From Vitrella brassicaformis CCMP3155 (Eukaryota > Protista > Chromerida), in assembly GCA_001179505.1 (NCBI GenBank), contig CDMY01000419.1:1-64000 (forward strand): a DNA stretch of 64,000 nt. The letters are read 5' to 3'. A model generated the notes under the pieces. The model had not been told where the DNA came from, ran no database searches, and saw only the letters and a list, made by a program, of their open reading frames with translations. Both the position numbers and the translations under genes were made by a program. Positions 49,448 to 61,049 of the stretch are shown here, piece after piece. Within the stretch, counting starts at the first letter, position 1. Each line of letters starts with the position of its first letter.

Positions 49448-49922
49448 ATGCGCCAGCCTAGAAAGAGTGTGTTGTGGGTTGAGGATTGATCGATTAGTGT
49501 GTGGGCACTTTGGGTGACGCACAAGGATGAGTGCTGGCAGCTAGACAGTAAGGCATTCATCATAATTGTCGCATGTCAAGTATGTGTTGTATACGTATGT
49601 ATGTCTATGTCGGGGACAGGTCGGGGACAGGGAGTGTGCTTTCTGTCGGTCAGTAGCTGTTGCGTGGTAGACAAAGCTGCATACGCACAGACAGACGCGT
49701 CATCAGGCCAGACGGAGAGCTGGCAGTTTATGTCTTTCACACTGAAAATGTCCTCTGTCAGCAATCGTCAGAACCATAACACCTTAACACATGTGGATGA
49801 CAGAAGGTCGCATCCCAATCAGCCCCCAGACCCTATTACAACGAACGCTACAAACACATCTATCTCGTTAGCGAATGACCGGAAAAAAAGCCGTGCCTCG
49901 TCGATGTCGATCGTTGGGGCAG

Positions 49923-50853
49923 TCATGCCAAGCCACGGTCCTCCAGCGGGCCTGAAACGCATGCATGCCATTATGGACATCTACCGGTGCGCATGTTTTG
50001 TGCTTTTCCCACTGACTGACCTTCTGGGTCTCTCGATCGCTTTCTGTTGAGTACTGGGGGAATGGCAAGTCCGTCCCCCTGGCAGTTGACGCAAGTTACT
50101 ATTCCCAATCCGTTGCACGTGGGGCACGTGTACCGCCGGCAGTCCTCGTCCGCCTCCTCTATGTTGCCGCCACCCCTCTGCCACACATACACAAGGCACA
50201 CCACACCCACGAATCCTATGAATGAGTCTCCCTCCCACGTTGCGCGTTCCTTCGCACAGATGAATGAAAGAGTCCACGTACGTACCTTCATCAAGACGAA
50301 TCGGTTTCCATGGCAGTTGCCACACACAAGTGCCCCGCTTCCCTTGCCTGGCGGGCAGCAGCAGGCAATTGTTGATGAATGTGTGTTATGGTTCGCACTG
50401 TGGCGCCCTTCTGGTGACTGTCTGCTTACAGAATGCGCAGTTGTCCCGCGACTTGACCTTCTCGGCCTTGAGCATTATGGCCGTCAGCGATCCCGCCACC
50501 CCCACGGAGCCTCCCACCCACGCAGCAGACGCCCCAACGCGACGAATGTCCTCATTCGCCGCTGGATTGATCACCTGCAACCACACCATTGCATGAGAGC
50601 ACACACAGTGAAGACGTGTGTCGGCTTGTCGTCTCACCTCGAGGAAGGCCCAGATGTCTTGCAGGAGGTGCTCAGGGTTCAGGTCAGGTGGGAAGTCGAA
50701 GAGAGAAGCATATCGTCGTGTGGACGAGGCGCCTAGCCTCCGCAAGGGGGAGAGAGTAGAGATCTGTGATCGGCGCACCGCTGGCGGGATGAACGCTGAA
50801 AAGACTGCCGGGAGGATGGAGACGAAACAGACGAGAAGCATGGCTATGTGCAT
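49923..50853 (-). CDS. Plastid-targeted DnaJ-type zinc-finger protein with one TM segment (LQY1/DNAJE-like)
   Basis: Leader MLLVCFVSILPAVFSA|FIPPAVRRSQ; TM VGASAAWVGGSVGVAGSLTAIML; four CxxCxGxG-type repeats CAF|CKGSG, CGNCHGNR, CPTCNGLG, CVNCQGDG. Last exon ambiguous (stop 49923 or 49868). Confidence 0.8.
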
Positions 50854-51038
50854 CGCCAACACTCTCGCAGTGTGTGTGTCGTCCCCTGCGTCTTCCCTTT
50901 TCCACGGCTCACTCTTAGCTCGCAGAGGCGGGCGATCCTTTCTTCTCGAGTGATCTGAGACTTGGCGGCCTCTGAGCACCACTCCGGCACTGCCCAGTAG
51001 AGGTGGCAGCGAACCGGACCGCCAAACTGTGACCGGCG

Positions 51039-51845
51039 ATGGACCATGCCTTCCTCTCCCTCGTCCTCTGCATCGGGATGTTCATCATGGCAGCTCTCAC
51101 GGCACTGGGACACCTCTGCACCGAAGCCCCGTTCGGCAAACTCAGGAAGGAGCGGATCTCTCCCTGGTGGGGACCTCTGCTGCCAGCGGGAATCGCCTGG
51201 TTTCTTTTAGAGGTGCCTAATCTGCTTGGCGCTCTCTCTGTGGCGTTGACCTGCCCGAGGGCCGACTGCCGGCAGCTGACGGTGAATGGCTTCCTGCTGA
51301 TGATGTTCTTGATTCACTATATCAATCGGAGCATCGTCTATCCGCTGCGCACACGGGGAAGGGGGACACCTCTGGCGATTGTGCTGATGGCGATGGGATT
51401 CTGCACATACAACTCGACCATGCAGGCGCACCATCTCTGCTATGTGGCCCGCTTCGACTCAGGGGACGGGGCGGCTCTTTTGCGGCTGATTCTGCTGGTG
51501 GCGGGCTCTCTTCTCTTTCTCATTGGTTTCATCATCAATGTCCAGAGTGACGCTCACCTGATCAACCTGAGGAAAGCCTCCACGTCAGCAGGGGGCCGGC
51601 CTGATGACCATTACACCATGCCCACTGGAGCCTTGTTCGAGTATGTGTCATGCGCCAACTACTTTGGCGAGAGTCTTGAGTGGAGTGGCTATGCACTGGC
51701 GGCCGGCAGCCTCCCCGCCTTGTCATTTGCGGTGTACACGTGGTCCTTTCTTGGCCCTCGGGCGCTGCAGCAACACGGATGGTACCGAGCGAAGTTCGAT
51801 GACTATCCGAAAAGCAGAAAAGCCATAATCCCCTGGCTGCTGTGA
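51039..51845 (+). CDS. DET2: Steroid 5-alpha-reductase (SRD5A/DET2 family), single exon
   Basis: APFGK...WG...AWFLLEVP, HYINRSIVYP, QSDAHLINLRK, YTMPTGALFEYVSCANYFGESLEWSGYA, HGWYRAKFDDYPKSRKAIIPWLL. Confidence 0.93.
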   Translation: MDHAFLSLVLCIGMFIMAALTALGHLCTEAPFGKLRKERISPWWGPLLPAGIAWFLLEVPNLLGALSVALTCPRADCRQLTVNGFLLMMFLIHYINRSIVYPLRTRGRGTPLAIVLMAMGFCTYNSTMQAHHLCYVARFDSGDGAALLRLILLVAGSLLFLIGFIINVQSDAHLINLRKASTSAGGRPDDHYTMPTGALFEYVSCANYFGESLEWSGYALAAGSLPALSFAVYTWSFLGPRALQQHGWYRAKFDDYPKSRKAIIPWLL

Positions 51846-52200
51846 CTCTGTGATGCGGTGTGAATGTGGCCGTCACGGCCGTTTATTGACTGAAATGTGC
51901 ACTGGCGGGCAGGGAGGCAGGCTGGGCTATGACTGTGTTTTGGCTGGGCTGGGCTGTGTCGATAGGAGAGCTCGCACCATACGCTTTAGGATTTATGTGG
52001 ACGATGGTGTAAGATAGCACATGGTTTGGTCGAGTGTCAAGTCACGAATTTGTGAATGCATCAATCATGCACAGCCAAAATTGAAGACGCCCTCGTCCCA
52101 GCCAAAAAGGGCCAATCCTATCCACAAGGAGACCGCGACATTGCCGCTGTTGTGTCACTCATCTCTGCAGCCGCACGAGGCACACTCACCATGAGTCAAC

Positions 52201-53286
52201 TCACCCTCCCTTGCCCTTATCTGACTCATCCCCCTCCCCGTCGACCACCACTGGACTCTCACTCGCACCCGCCGCTTTGTCCCCTCCCACTTTTCGCCGC
52301 TTCAGCTGTTGAGCTTCTTCTCCCGCATTGGGGTCGGGCGCCTTTGTGAAGAAGCTCTTGAATGAATCGGACTGCTGTCGTCTTTTGCCGGCGTTGCGAA
52401 GGGCTTCCAGCAGCTTGTCCATCGAGATGCCCTCGGGCACGTGGCAGCCGTGGATGCCTAGCTTCTTGACGGCGCCATTGACGTTCTGCTGGATGTCTGC
52501 ACACACGCAACCCACACACAGACACACAGAGCTCATGAGTAAGGGCCTATTCTACACGCCCTTCTCTGCGTGCTCCTCTCCCACCGTCGAAGAAGAGCAC
52601 TTCGTGACTCTTGACCTTTGCCTCCTTCATGATGCGCGATATGTGAGTTGTCTTAGGCTCTGCACAGGCAGACGCACAGACACAGGAAGGTCGCCACAGA
52701 TGTGAGAATCGGTATTGGCTGTCCGTCTTTGATCATCTGGCTGACCTCGGTAGTCAATATTGACCAGCTTGGCTTCGAAGAAAGGCGTCAGACCGAATGT
52801 GTCCATGACCCGCTGGCCCACGTTGCGCTTCGTGCAGTGTGACGACACGCCCAAACGGAAGCCCACACTTTGACACACACGCAGGACCCGCACCGTCTCG
52901 GCAAACATGACCAGCTCTCTCCTGCAACGGGGCACACACGCCACGACAGTACTAATCCTCATTTTTGAAGGCCTCCCCGGCCGTCCATGTGAGTGCGCCT
53001 CTCCCCTTACCCTCTACTGTCCTTGATCATCAAGTCGCTCTGGCGGGTAATGGTCCCCTGCATCAGGTGAGCATTACCTGCACCAGGGAAGTGTCCTGCA
53101 TCATATGCAGGAACATGCTCTGGCCTGAATCACGCTGCACCCACCGTCCCATAGAGTCGAGTCGATGTCACAGACAACGACCCGTATGCCTGCGGCGGTC
53201 ATGAGTGCTTGGACTCTCTCCACATCCGCATCAGCACTCGACGTGGCCTCGTGTGGCTGCGGCGCGTCAGCGGCTGACGATGCCAT
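52201..53286 (-). CDS. MDP1: Magnesium-dependent phosphatase 1 (HAD IIIC) with basic/acidic C-tail
   Basis: VVVCDIDSTLWD (DxDxTLW), LGVSSH, VLFFD|DIQQNV...LGIHGCHVPEGIS; tail with QLKRRK. Confidence 0.85.
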
Positions 53287-53634
53287 GAACGACGTACACC
53301 AAGAGGCGGGAAGAAGCGAAGCCTAGATGAATCAACGAACCAGCTACGTGCACAAAGAAGTGAGTGCTGAACAGTAAGAAGTGGGATAGGCTCGTACCTT
53401 CGGCTCTTTGCGCGTCTTCAGGAAGAGATCTGCTCGCTCCCGAGCGCGCAGATCGAAGCGGCGCGTTGAAAGCTGTTGAGGCTGCTGCGCATGTGCTGAG
53501 CCACTTCCAAGCAGGAGCAAGCTGGCATCGATTCCGCGACAAACGGCGAGACGCCGCGGCGGGCAAGTGGGGGCATAAGACGCGGAACTGATAGACGGCC
53601 CTTGGACGATTAAGCCACGACCACAGGCTCCAGG

Positions 53635-55004
53635 ATGGAGCACCCCGACCTCTCTGACTTCAGGTGCTTTGAGTTCATCACACGCACCCGTGCACAACTG
53701 CACTGAACAACACGGGGGTGTCGCAGCATCTGCTTTTCTCCTCTCCCTGTTGTGCAGCCTCTCGGTCGAGTCCGCGAAGGTCATTGATGTGCTGACCAAG
53801 CTCATCAACAACCAGAAGCTCCTGAGCGAACAGAATGCAGACCTGGAGTCCCGACTCAAGGAGCTCGCCAGCAAGTCGGACGAGGCGGCCGAGAAGCTCC
53901 GGGGCTTAGAGGAGGAGAACGGCAGGAAGACCGCCCAGATCGATGAGCTGCAGGGTAAGGTGAGGGCTCTGGAGGACCTGGACCCCAGTGCAGTGGTGGA
54001 GAAGCTCAAGGGCCACGATGAGTCGCTCAAGGCGGCTTTGGAGAAGGTCGATGGGTTCGACGTGCAGCTCAAGGAGCGGTCCAGGGAGTTTGCCGAGCAG
54101 TGCGGAGAGGTGCGCAAGGCGCTGGACAAGACGCGGGAGGTGGCGGGCAAGATGGACTCGGTCGAGAGGAAGTTCAATGACATGGCGACAAGGATGAAGG
54201 ACACCGCAGACAAGGCCGACAAAGCTCTGCAGAAGGTAGGAAGACAGGCGAAAGACACTCGATCGGAAGCAGAAAATGCTCATTTCGACTCTCTCTCTCT
54301 CTGTGTGTGTGTTCGTGTGTGTCTCTGTCCAGGTGGTTGATGTCTCTGACGCGCAAGCGGCGCTTCAGACCGATGTTGACATGAAGTATGAGCGACTGTG
54401 GACCGAGGTGCTCAAGACGCTTGAAAATCTCAACATCACAGAGGTCAAGAATCTTAAGGACACCATCCAGAAGCAGAACGCCGAGGCGGAGCGCCGCATG
54501 CAGAACATGGTCAGCTACTGCCTGGGAGTGCTCGCTAAGGCCTCCACGGACCGATCCAACGTCCAGTTCAAGCGCAAGATGCTCCACGGATGGAGAGAGG
54601 CCACCTGGCTGGCCTCCAGGAGGCGCATGGGCATCGCACTGCTGCACCGGCTGTTCAACCGCCGGAAAAGGGACGTGTTGGCGCGGTGGCGGACGGAACA
54701 TCGGCTGGGTGCGCACGCTGATGGGCTGGACAAGTCTTATGCTGAGAAGCTGATGAAGACGCAGAAGACCATTGCGGACAATATCGATCCGCAGATGCAG
54801 GACATTAAGGTCAGTCACGGGGAGAGAGATGGGATGGCGTGTCTCGTACTGTCGTCGATCGCATGTGTGTTCGTCCGTCAGGATCGTTTGGACGGTTTGG
54901 ACAAGAGCAAGGTTTCACTCGAGCGCATGAACACATCTCTGGAAGGCACAACAAACAAACAAAGAAACCATTCGACCGATGCGCCCACATTCACGCACGA
55001 TCTC

Positions 55005-55035
<31 letters not shown>

Positions 55036-57076
55036 CTTACCGTGTGTCTCAGAGCGCGAGAGAAATTGGGACCAGAAGCTCGCCACGCTGCAGGCAAGGC
55101 TCCGTCACTCCCCTCGCTCACTTTCACTCTGTGGCTGTCTGTGTGTGTGTGTTGGTTCAGGATGTCAAGAACGAGACGGATGAGATCCGCGAGTTGCTGC
55201 AGGAGGTGACTGCGTCCTCCGGCAAGACGGCCGAGGCAAAGGAGGGACTCATGGGTCGACTCATCGCCGCAGAACAGGCTCTCGCTGACATGAAGGAGTC
55301 AATACCGGAATTCGCTAAGGAGAGTAAGCAGCCGACAAGCAACCGAGGAAAGAATGCGTGTTTGTCGCCAATGATTGTTTGTCAGGTGAGATAAAGGATT
55401 TGATGAAGGACATGCTGCTGATATGGAACTCTCTCAAGCAGCTCGATGTCGCCAAGGCGGACAAGAAGGAGCTCGACTCGTACGCCGTGGAGGCCGGTGA
55501 CCGAGATAAGGTGAGACGAAACGGTCCGGCCATTAAAATTATTGATCACTCCGACTGACGTGTTCGCCGCTTGTGTATCCACTGATCCATTCACTCAGGA
55601 GACTCAAGGCCGCCTGGATGGCTTGGAGGGCAACATCGCGGCTGCGCAGGTAGACGGAAAAGACACACGTACACACGCGATCGATCCTGTCTTGGTGGCG
55701 CTATCAGGCCGAGAGTCAGTCTCAGCTAAGCGGTGTGGGGACGAGGCTGCGCGACGTGGAGGGGGCGGCACAGAACACCGACAACAGACTCAGGACACTC
55801 AACCACATGCTCAGGTCAGAAACAGAGAGAGACATTGGCCCTTTTGCATGCTGTGTGTTGCGTCTCTGTGTGTGTGTGTGCAGCTCGCTTCTGCACTTCG
55901 TTGAGGAGATTCTTTGGCGCTTCAGCAACCAGAGAATCGGGGAGGGAGGCGAGATACCCGTAAGCAGCCCTCCACCACACATCACCCATACACAGTCAGA
56001 GCTTCTACAACGGTGTGTGGGGTTGTCTTTGTCCCGCCCAGCCTCCCCCGAAAGTTGTGCGTACGGGAGGTGGCTTCCGTGAGTACCCCCGTCAGCCCCC
56101 GCCCCCTCCCACCCCGCCGCCCGTCCCATTCACCCCCCCGCCCTCACTCGCCACGCGGCCCGTCCTCTCACAACCAACGGGATTCTCAGAAGACACGTAC
56201 ACTCACAGAGACAAACAGACAGACAGACGTGACAGCAAGACCATCCCTCCTGTGTGTTCAGTCACTTTCCGTCGGCCCCTCAGTGGCCAAGCACCAGCAG
56301 CCCCCGCACGTTCGACCCATCGCAGGACCCCGCATCGCAGACACTCAACCAGTGGATACAGGACGCCCGAGACGTGCTCGACATGGCCGCCACACCCACG
56401 CCCGACCCGTCCAGGGGCAGTCCTTCACCCGGACGCATCGGCACAACAGCAAGGGCACCGGCTGGTATGGATGGATGGATGCACTAGTAGCAGCGCTATC
56501 TCAATCTGCTCATCTCTCTGTCTGCGCATTTGTTGCAGGCTCCCACACGACGCCCAGGATCAGGTCGTGGGCCCCGGGAGGCAGCGTGCTCGGGTCGCCA
56601 GCCACTGTCGGCGGCACCACGACCCCTGCACGGCCCTTCCACCCGCCGGGCAACACGCGGCCACTGACCAGACCCACATCAGCCAGAGCGGGGGGAGGCT
56701 TCGTGGCCAATGGCGGTACTGGCGAGCGCCAGTTGCCGCCCCACCACAACCTGCGGAGTCTCCGGCGTGCTGACGAGAGCCGCCAGCAGCAGGGGGGCGG
56801 TGAGGAAGGAAATGGGAAGGAGAGGGAGAGGGAGGGGGCTGCGGGCGTGGCGGTCGTCGGACAGCGCGTGGGCAAGGCTGTGTCAAGGGTGAGTGAGGCA
56901 CATCCATCCGTTCACTCGACCCCTGTATATATGCTTTTGTGTGTGAACAGTCCATCCCGGCGGGTCAGTGGAGCCGGACAGTGAACGTGCCAGTGCCCCA
57001 GCCCACGCCAGTCGAGGACCCTGCCACCAGCTCAACAGCACCAGCAGCAGCCTCGCGAAACGCTACACCTGGTTAA
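53635..57076 (+). CDS. Long coiled-coil protein with Pro-rich disordered C-terminus, multi-exon
   Basis: MEHPDLSDF|SLSVESAKVIDVLTKLINNQKLL followed by several hundred residues of heptad-rich sequence across phase-consistent exons; final exon ends at TAA 57074-57076. Confidence 0.75.
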
Positions 57077-57581
57077 GGCGAGAGACAGGCGCAACGGCCA
57101 AAACGTATCGCACACATATGTATTGGTGTGGCTTCGGGTCTGTCAGGGCCGCGGCGTCGCAGCAGGACTGAAGGGGCGAATGGGGACATAGCAGAGTGAC
57201 GCGCACTCCGCCGCCGGAAACGAGACGAGACATAGGTATGGAGGCGCAGAGGCTTTGTTTGGCAGACAGGCAAAGGTCTGAGCTAATGCATGGATGGATG
57301 GATGGACCGCATGAGTCTCATGGATGGATGGATGCGTGGCGTGAGCTGTATGTGCGCGACGCGTTTCTTGTCCGATGATAAAACTAACTGTATGTGAGCA
57401 ATTGAGTGCTCTGCAGACAATGAGTCTCACAAACACTCAGTACAAACACTCATACATCTTCTTCAACCACTCGAGGACACGAGGAGAATATGTGTAACAG
57501 AAAAATACGGGGCCACACCGAACAAATACCCACACGTATACCCATCCCATCGATCAAACAAGCCAACACGCACATGTACAG

Positions 57582-59467
57582 TCACACGTCTGCCTCGTCA
57601 GTGTGTCTGTCGGTCATGAGCTCATCGGCCATGTCCAGAAATGGCGTGGCCGGGTCGCAGCACACGGCCGAGTGGCACTCCCAATCGGCCTTGCGACACC
57701 CATCACTGCAGTAGCGGACCGTCAGACACACGCCGCACCACCCATCGTCAGATGCCGAACGATCGGCATCAGCCGAGCCAGTCGAAGGCTGACCCATGTC
57801 GGCGTGGCACCGGTGGCAGCGGCTCTCTGTGTCATTCACATAAGCCCTCATGGTGTCGAGCACGTGGCGGCCTTGGTCATTCCAGCAGCTGTCCTCTGTC
57901 AAGGTCAGCATGAAGCGCGTCAGCCGCAAGAGCAGCACCGTGCGATCGTTGACGAAGGCCTCGACGGCATCCCGATACCATTCGCAACAGAAGAGGCCCC
58001 TCTCAAAGACGGGCCGCATGACGTAGCCGGGCGCACGAGCGAGGCCCCATCGGTCCAGCTGCTGTCTTATCCAATCGAGATGGGCCAGGCCGTACGCCGC
58101 AGCGAGACTCTGCTCGCCGGGATCGTTGCTTGTCGCGCGGGCCGACTGATAGTATTCGCTGAGCAGGGCGTTGATGTAGCCGAACAGCCAGTGGTCGGTC
58201 CCCAATGCCTCAACGATGTCGTCACTGAGCTCTGCCAGCTCGTCACATGAAGGCAGACGGCCGTGTTGGAGCCGATCGCTGTGGATGGCCAGTACCCGCT
58301 CACGCAGAGATGACTCACTCGCGAGTGCGGCTGCCAGCTGCTCGGGTGGGTCGTCGTTGCTGAAGGAGTGGCCGCATTCGTTGCAGCGCCACGATGGTGC
58401 AGGGGAGGGGCTGAAGATGACGGTGCCATCGCACAGATTGGAATCCGGGCATGGCAGCAGGCGGCACGTGTCAGGGGCTCTCACACATCGATCACAGTTG
58501 CACAGGAAGCCCCGCTCTTGCTGGATGTGGCGGCGTCTGGCGATGCTGTCCATCCAGAAGACGACGACGTCTTCAGGATACCTGCACACATACACACAGA
58601 GAGAGAGAGATGGACAGAGAAACCCACACCACACGTTGGAACGGATGAGCACCATGAGCCGAGGATTTCGCCAGCTTTGACTGCTCGATAGACGCGGACA
58701 CGAGCTGCATCCAAATTATGAGATGGACCAGCTTTCCACGATCCGAGAGTCAGAGGGCTTGCGTGTGTCTTGTGCTTTTGCTTTATTTCATTCGCACCGA
58801 CCTTTGTCTTTGTCAGGTATGACGGACACACAGGGCGAGCATGAGTGTGGGATCTTGGAGATGTTGTCAAACAACGCGTGGGTGTCGTTGGAATCAGACG
58901 TGATGTACGTGTTCATGTCCTGGACAACCGAGGTCAGACAACACAGCACGACACAGCACAACACACCTCTGTCCGCCCCTGATGCTCGCTGCGCCCCTGA
59001 TTCACCGCTCACCCAAATAGTGATTGCGTCCACCACCTCCTCCCGGCTGAGCAACCCGCCATCCTCCTCACTGCCCTCTCTCGAGCTCATGTACTCGTCG
59101 GCGAGCGACTGCGGCTTGGCCTTCTGGCCGTACTCGGCCGCCATGTCGTGGGCGAGGAACTGACGCCGGAAGAGCTCGTATCTGCCGGGCTGGTCTCGCT
59201 TCAGCTCTTCCACACAGGCAAGTGCCTCCGCTGTGCCGCCTGTGCAGGAGAGGAACGCCTCTTCAAAGATGATGACCTCGCCCTCATCGAGATCCCGGGA
59301 AGCACACAGTACTCGGCCACCTGCATCCACAGCATAGCACAGGTATGATCAGATCAGGCAGCTGAGCTGCATCCACGAGTGCCATCCATCAGCATCTTAC
59401 CGAGCGAGGGCCGCACTTCGACATGGAAGGCAGACGGCGGCTCGTCAGGCGTGACGAAGTGCGACAT
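57582..59467 (-). CDS. SET-domain protein with post-SET Cys cluster and C-terminal MYND finger (SMYD-like)
   Basis: FHVEVRPSLG|GRVLCASRDLDEGEVIIFEE, ISKIPHSCSP, VYRAVKAGE, RRRHIQQERGFLCNCDRC, and RCHRC...WCGVCLTVRYCSDGCRKADWECHSAVC. Confidence 0.85.
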
Positions 59468-60283
59468 CGAATATGAAGGTCTCCTCGGTGCTGGAGAGTA
59501 CGATGATGCTGTGGCGAGAGAGAGTGCCCTGTAACCTCTAGGGTTTCAAGTCAAGGGTTTCAAGAAAGGCACCACCGAAGGGTTAGGCATCGCGCGCTTG
59601 ACATGTGGGTTGGACACCGCCCATCGATCTTGGAAGAGCGAAAACTGTTCGTGGAGGTGCCGTATCCGGTCCCATCTTCCAAGCCACGACAACAACATCT
59701 CTCCCATCGAGGAGGGCTGCCTAATCGGCGCGGACACAACGATTCGGCGAAGGACCTCTCCGGCCACGCAGGGGCTCTTCGTGCCTCCTCCTTGCAGTTT
59801 CTGGTCCTCCGGTGGCGTCTCAGAGGTCTCATCGACGAGTCATCGTGCAGAGGACCTGTTTGGACATCCCAACCCACCCAAACCGTCACTACTCACACGG
59901 CCAAGCGATGCGTCTCGCCTTCCGGTAGGTACCTGGAACAAATGACGGTCATTGTGGGTTCGGGATCTGGACAGATCTGCATGTTGGTGCCTGCCTTTGC
60001 TGGCAGGTAGAGGCGCGTGTGTCCGTTGGGAGTGGAGAGAGCTGTGTGTTGAGGATTGGCACGGCGCCGCCGCCGTGTGTTTGAAGGCAATATAGTCAAG
60101 CTATCAGGAGAGGTGAGTTGGCACATCTGGGAGGGAGGGAAGGGAGAGAGTGAGAGCACACTGGACACCTGCCTGATGGAGAGCAGATTGCATGACTCGA
60201 GTGGCTTCGTCATTCTGTCTGTCCGTGTGTGGTCGTTTGTTCATTCAGGCCAGATAGTCGGTCTGTGCGTGCGGTGCATTGCG

Positions 60284-61018
60284 ATGAGTCTGCCCATCGA
60301 CCACGCATCCCACCCGTCCCTCTCCCCCTCAAGACCACCCCCACTGGCAGTGCCCCCCAAGCCACCCGTGGCGCATCGCCCGATGCCGCCCTTCCCGGCG
60401 GCAGCACTGCACCATCCCGCAATGATGCAGGCGTTTGTGCGGCCTCCACATATGGTGATCCGTGCACCGGGTGGCCTGCCGCATGCCCGTCATCCACACC
60501 CCGCTGCCCGCACTGCGCACCTGCACATGCATCCGCTCGCTGTGCGGGAGGGAGGAGGGGCCAGGAATGGGATCGACACGCCCGGTCAGTCAGAGAGAGA
60601 GAGACGAGTGTCGGGTGGGGTGCAAAGGCAGGTGGTGTTCTTGTGTGTGGTTCAGGTGTGGTGCAGTCTTCTCGTCCTTCGTCTGCGGGGCCGTCACTGC
60701 CCGATGACGATGCATCCGCACCACCATTGTGAGCGCTTCACTCACCGAGACAGACGAGCCAATTGACGGAGGTCGGTTCATTCCTTCCCCTGCCCCCGTT
60801 GTGTGTGCGTGTGTCAGCTCGATTCGCATCGACCCTCTGTCGCCCGGTTTGATTTTGGACAAGCAGCGGATGGCGGAGCAGAAGTTCCTCGAGGACGAAA
60901 TGAAGAGAAGGGAGAAACTGCTCCAGGACCCTGGTGCGTGTGACCGCTCAACAGAGGCAGACACAGCAAGGAGGCCAGCCTTCACGTTCTCTCTGCTGTC
61001 CCTTCATTCCTTCATTCC

Positions 61019-61049
<31 letters not shown>

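Noticed and set aside
59603-60110. 135-aa ORF and splice-like signals upstream of the HMG gene
   Set aside because: No recognisable protein features; more likely 5' UTR or unresolved upstream exons.
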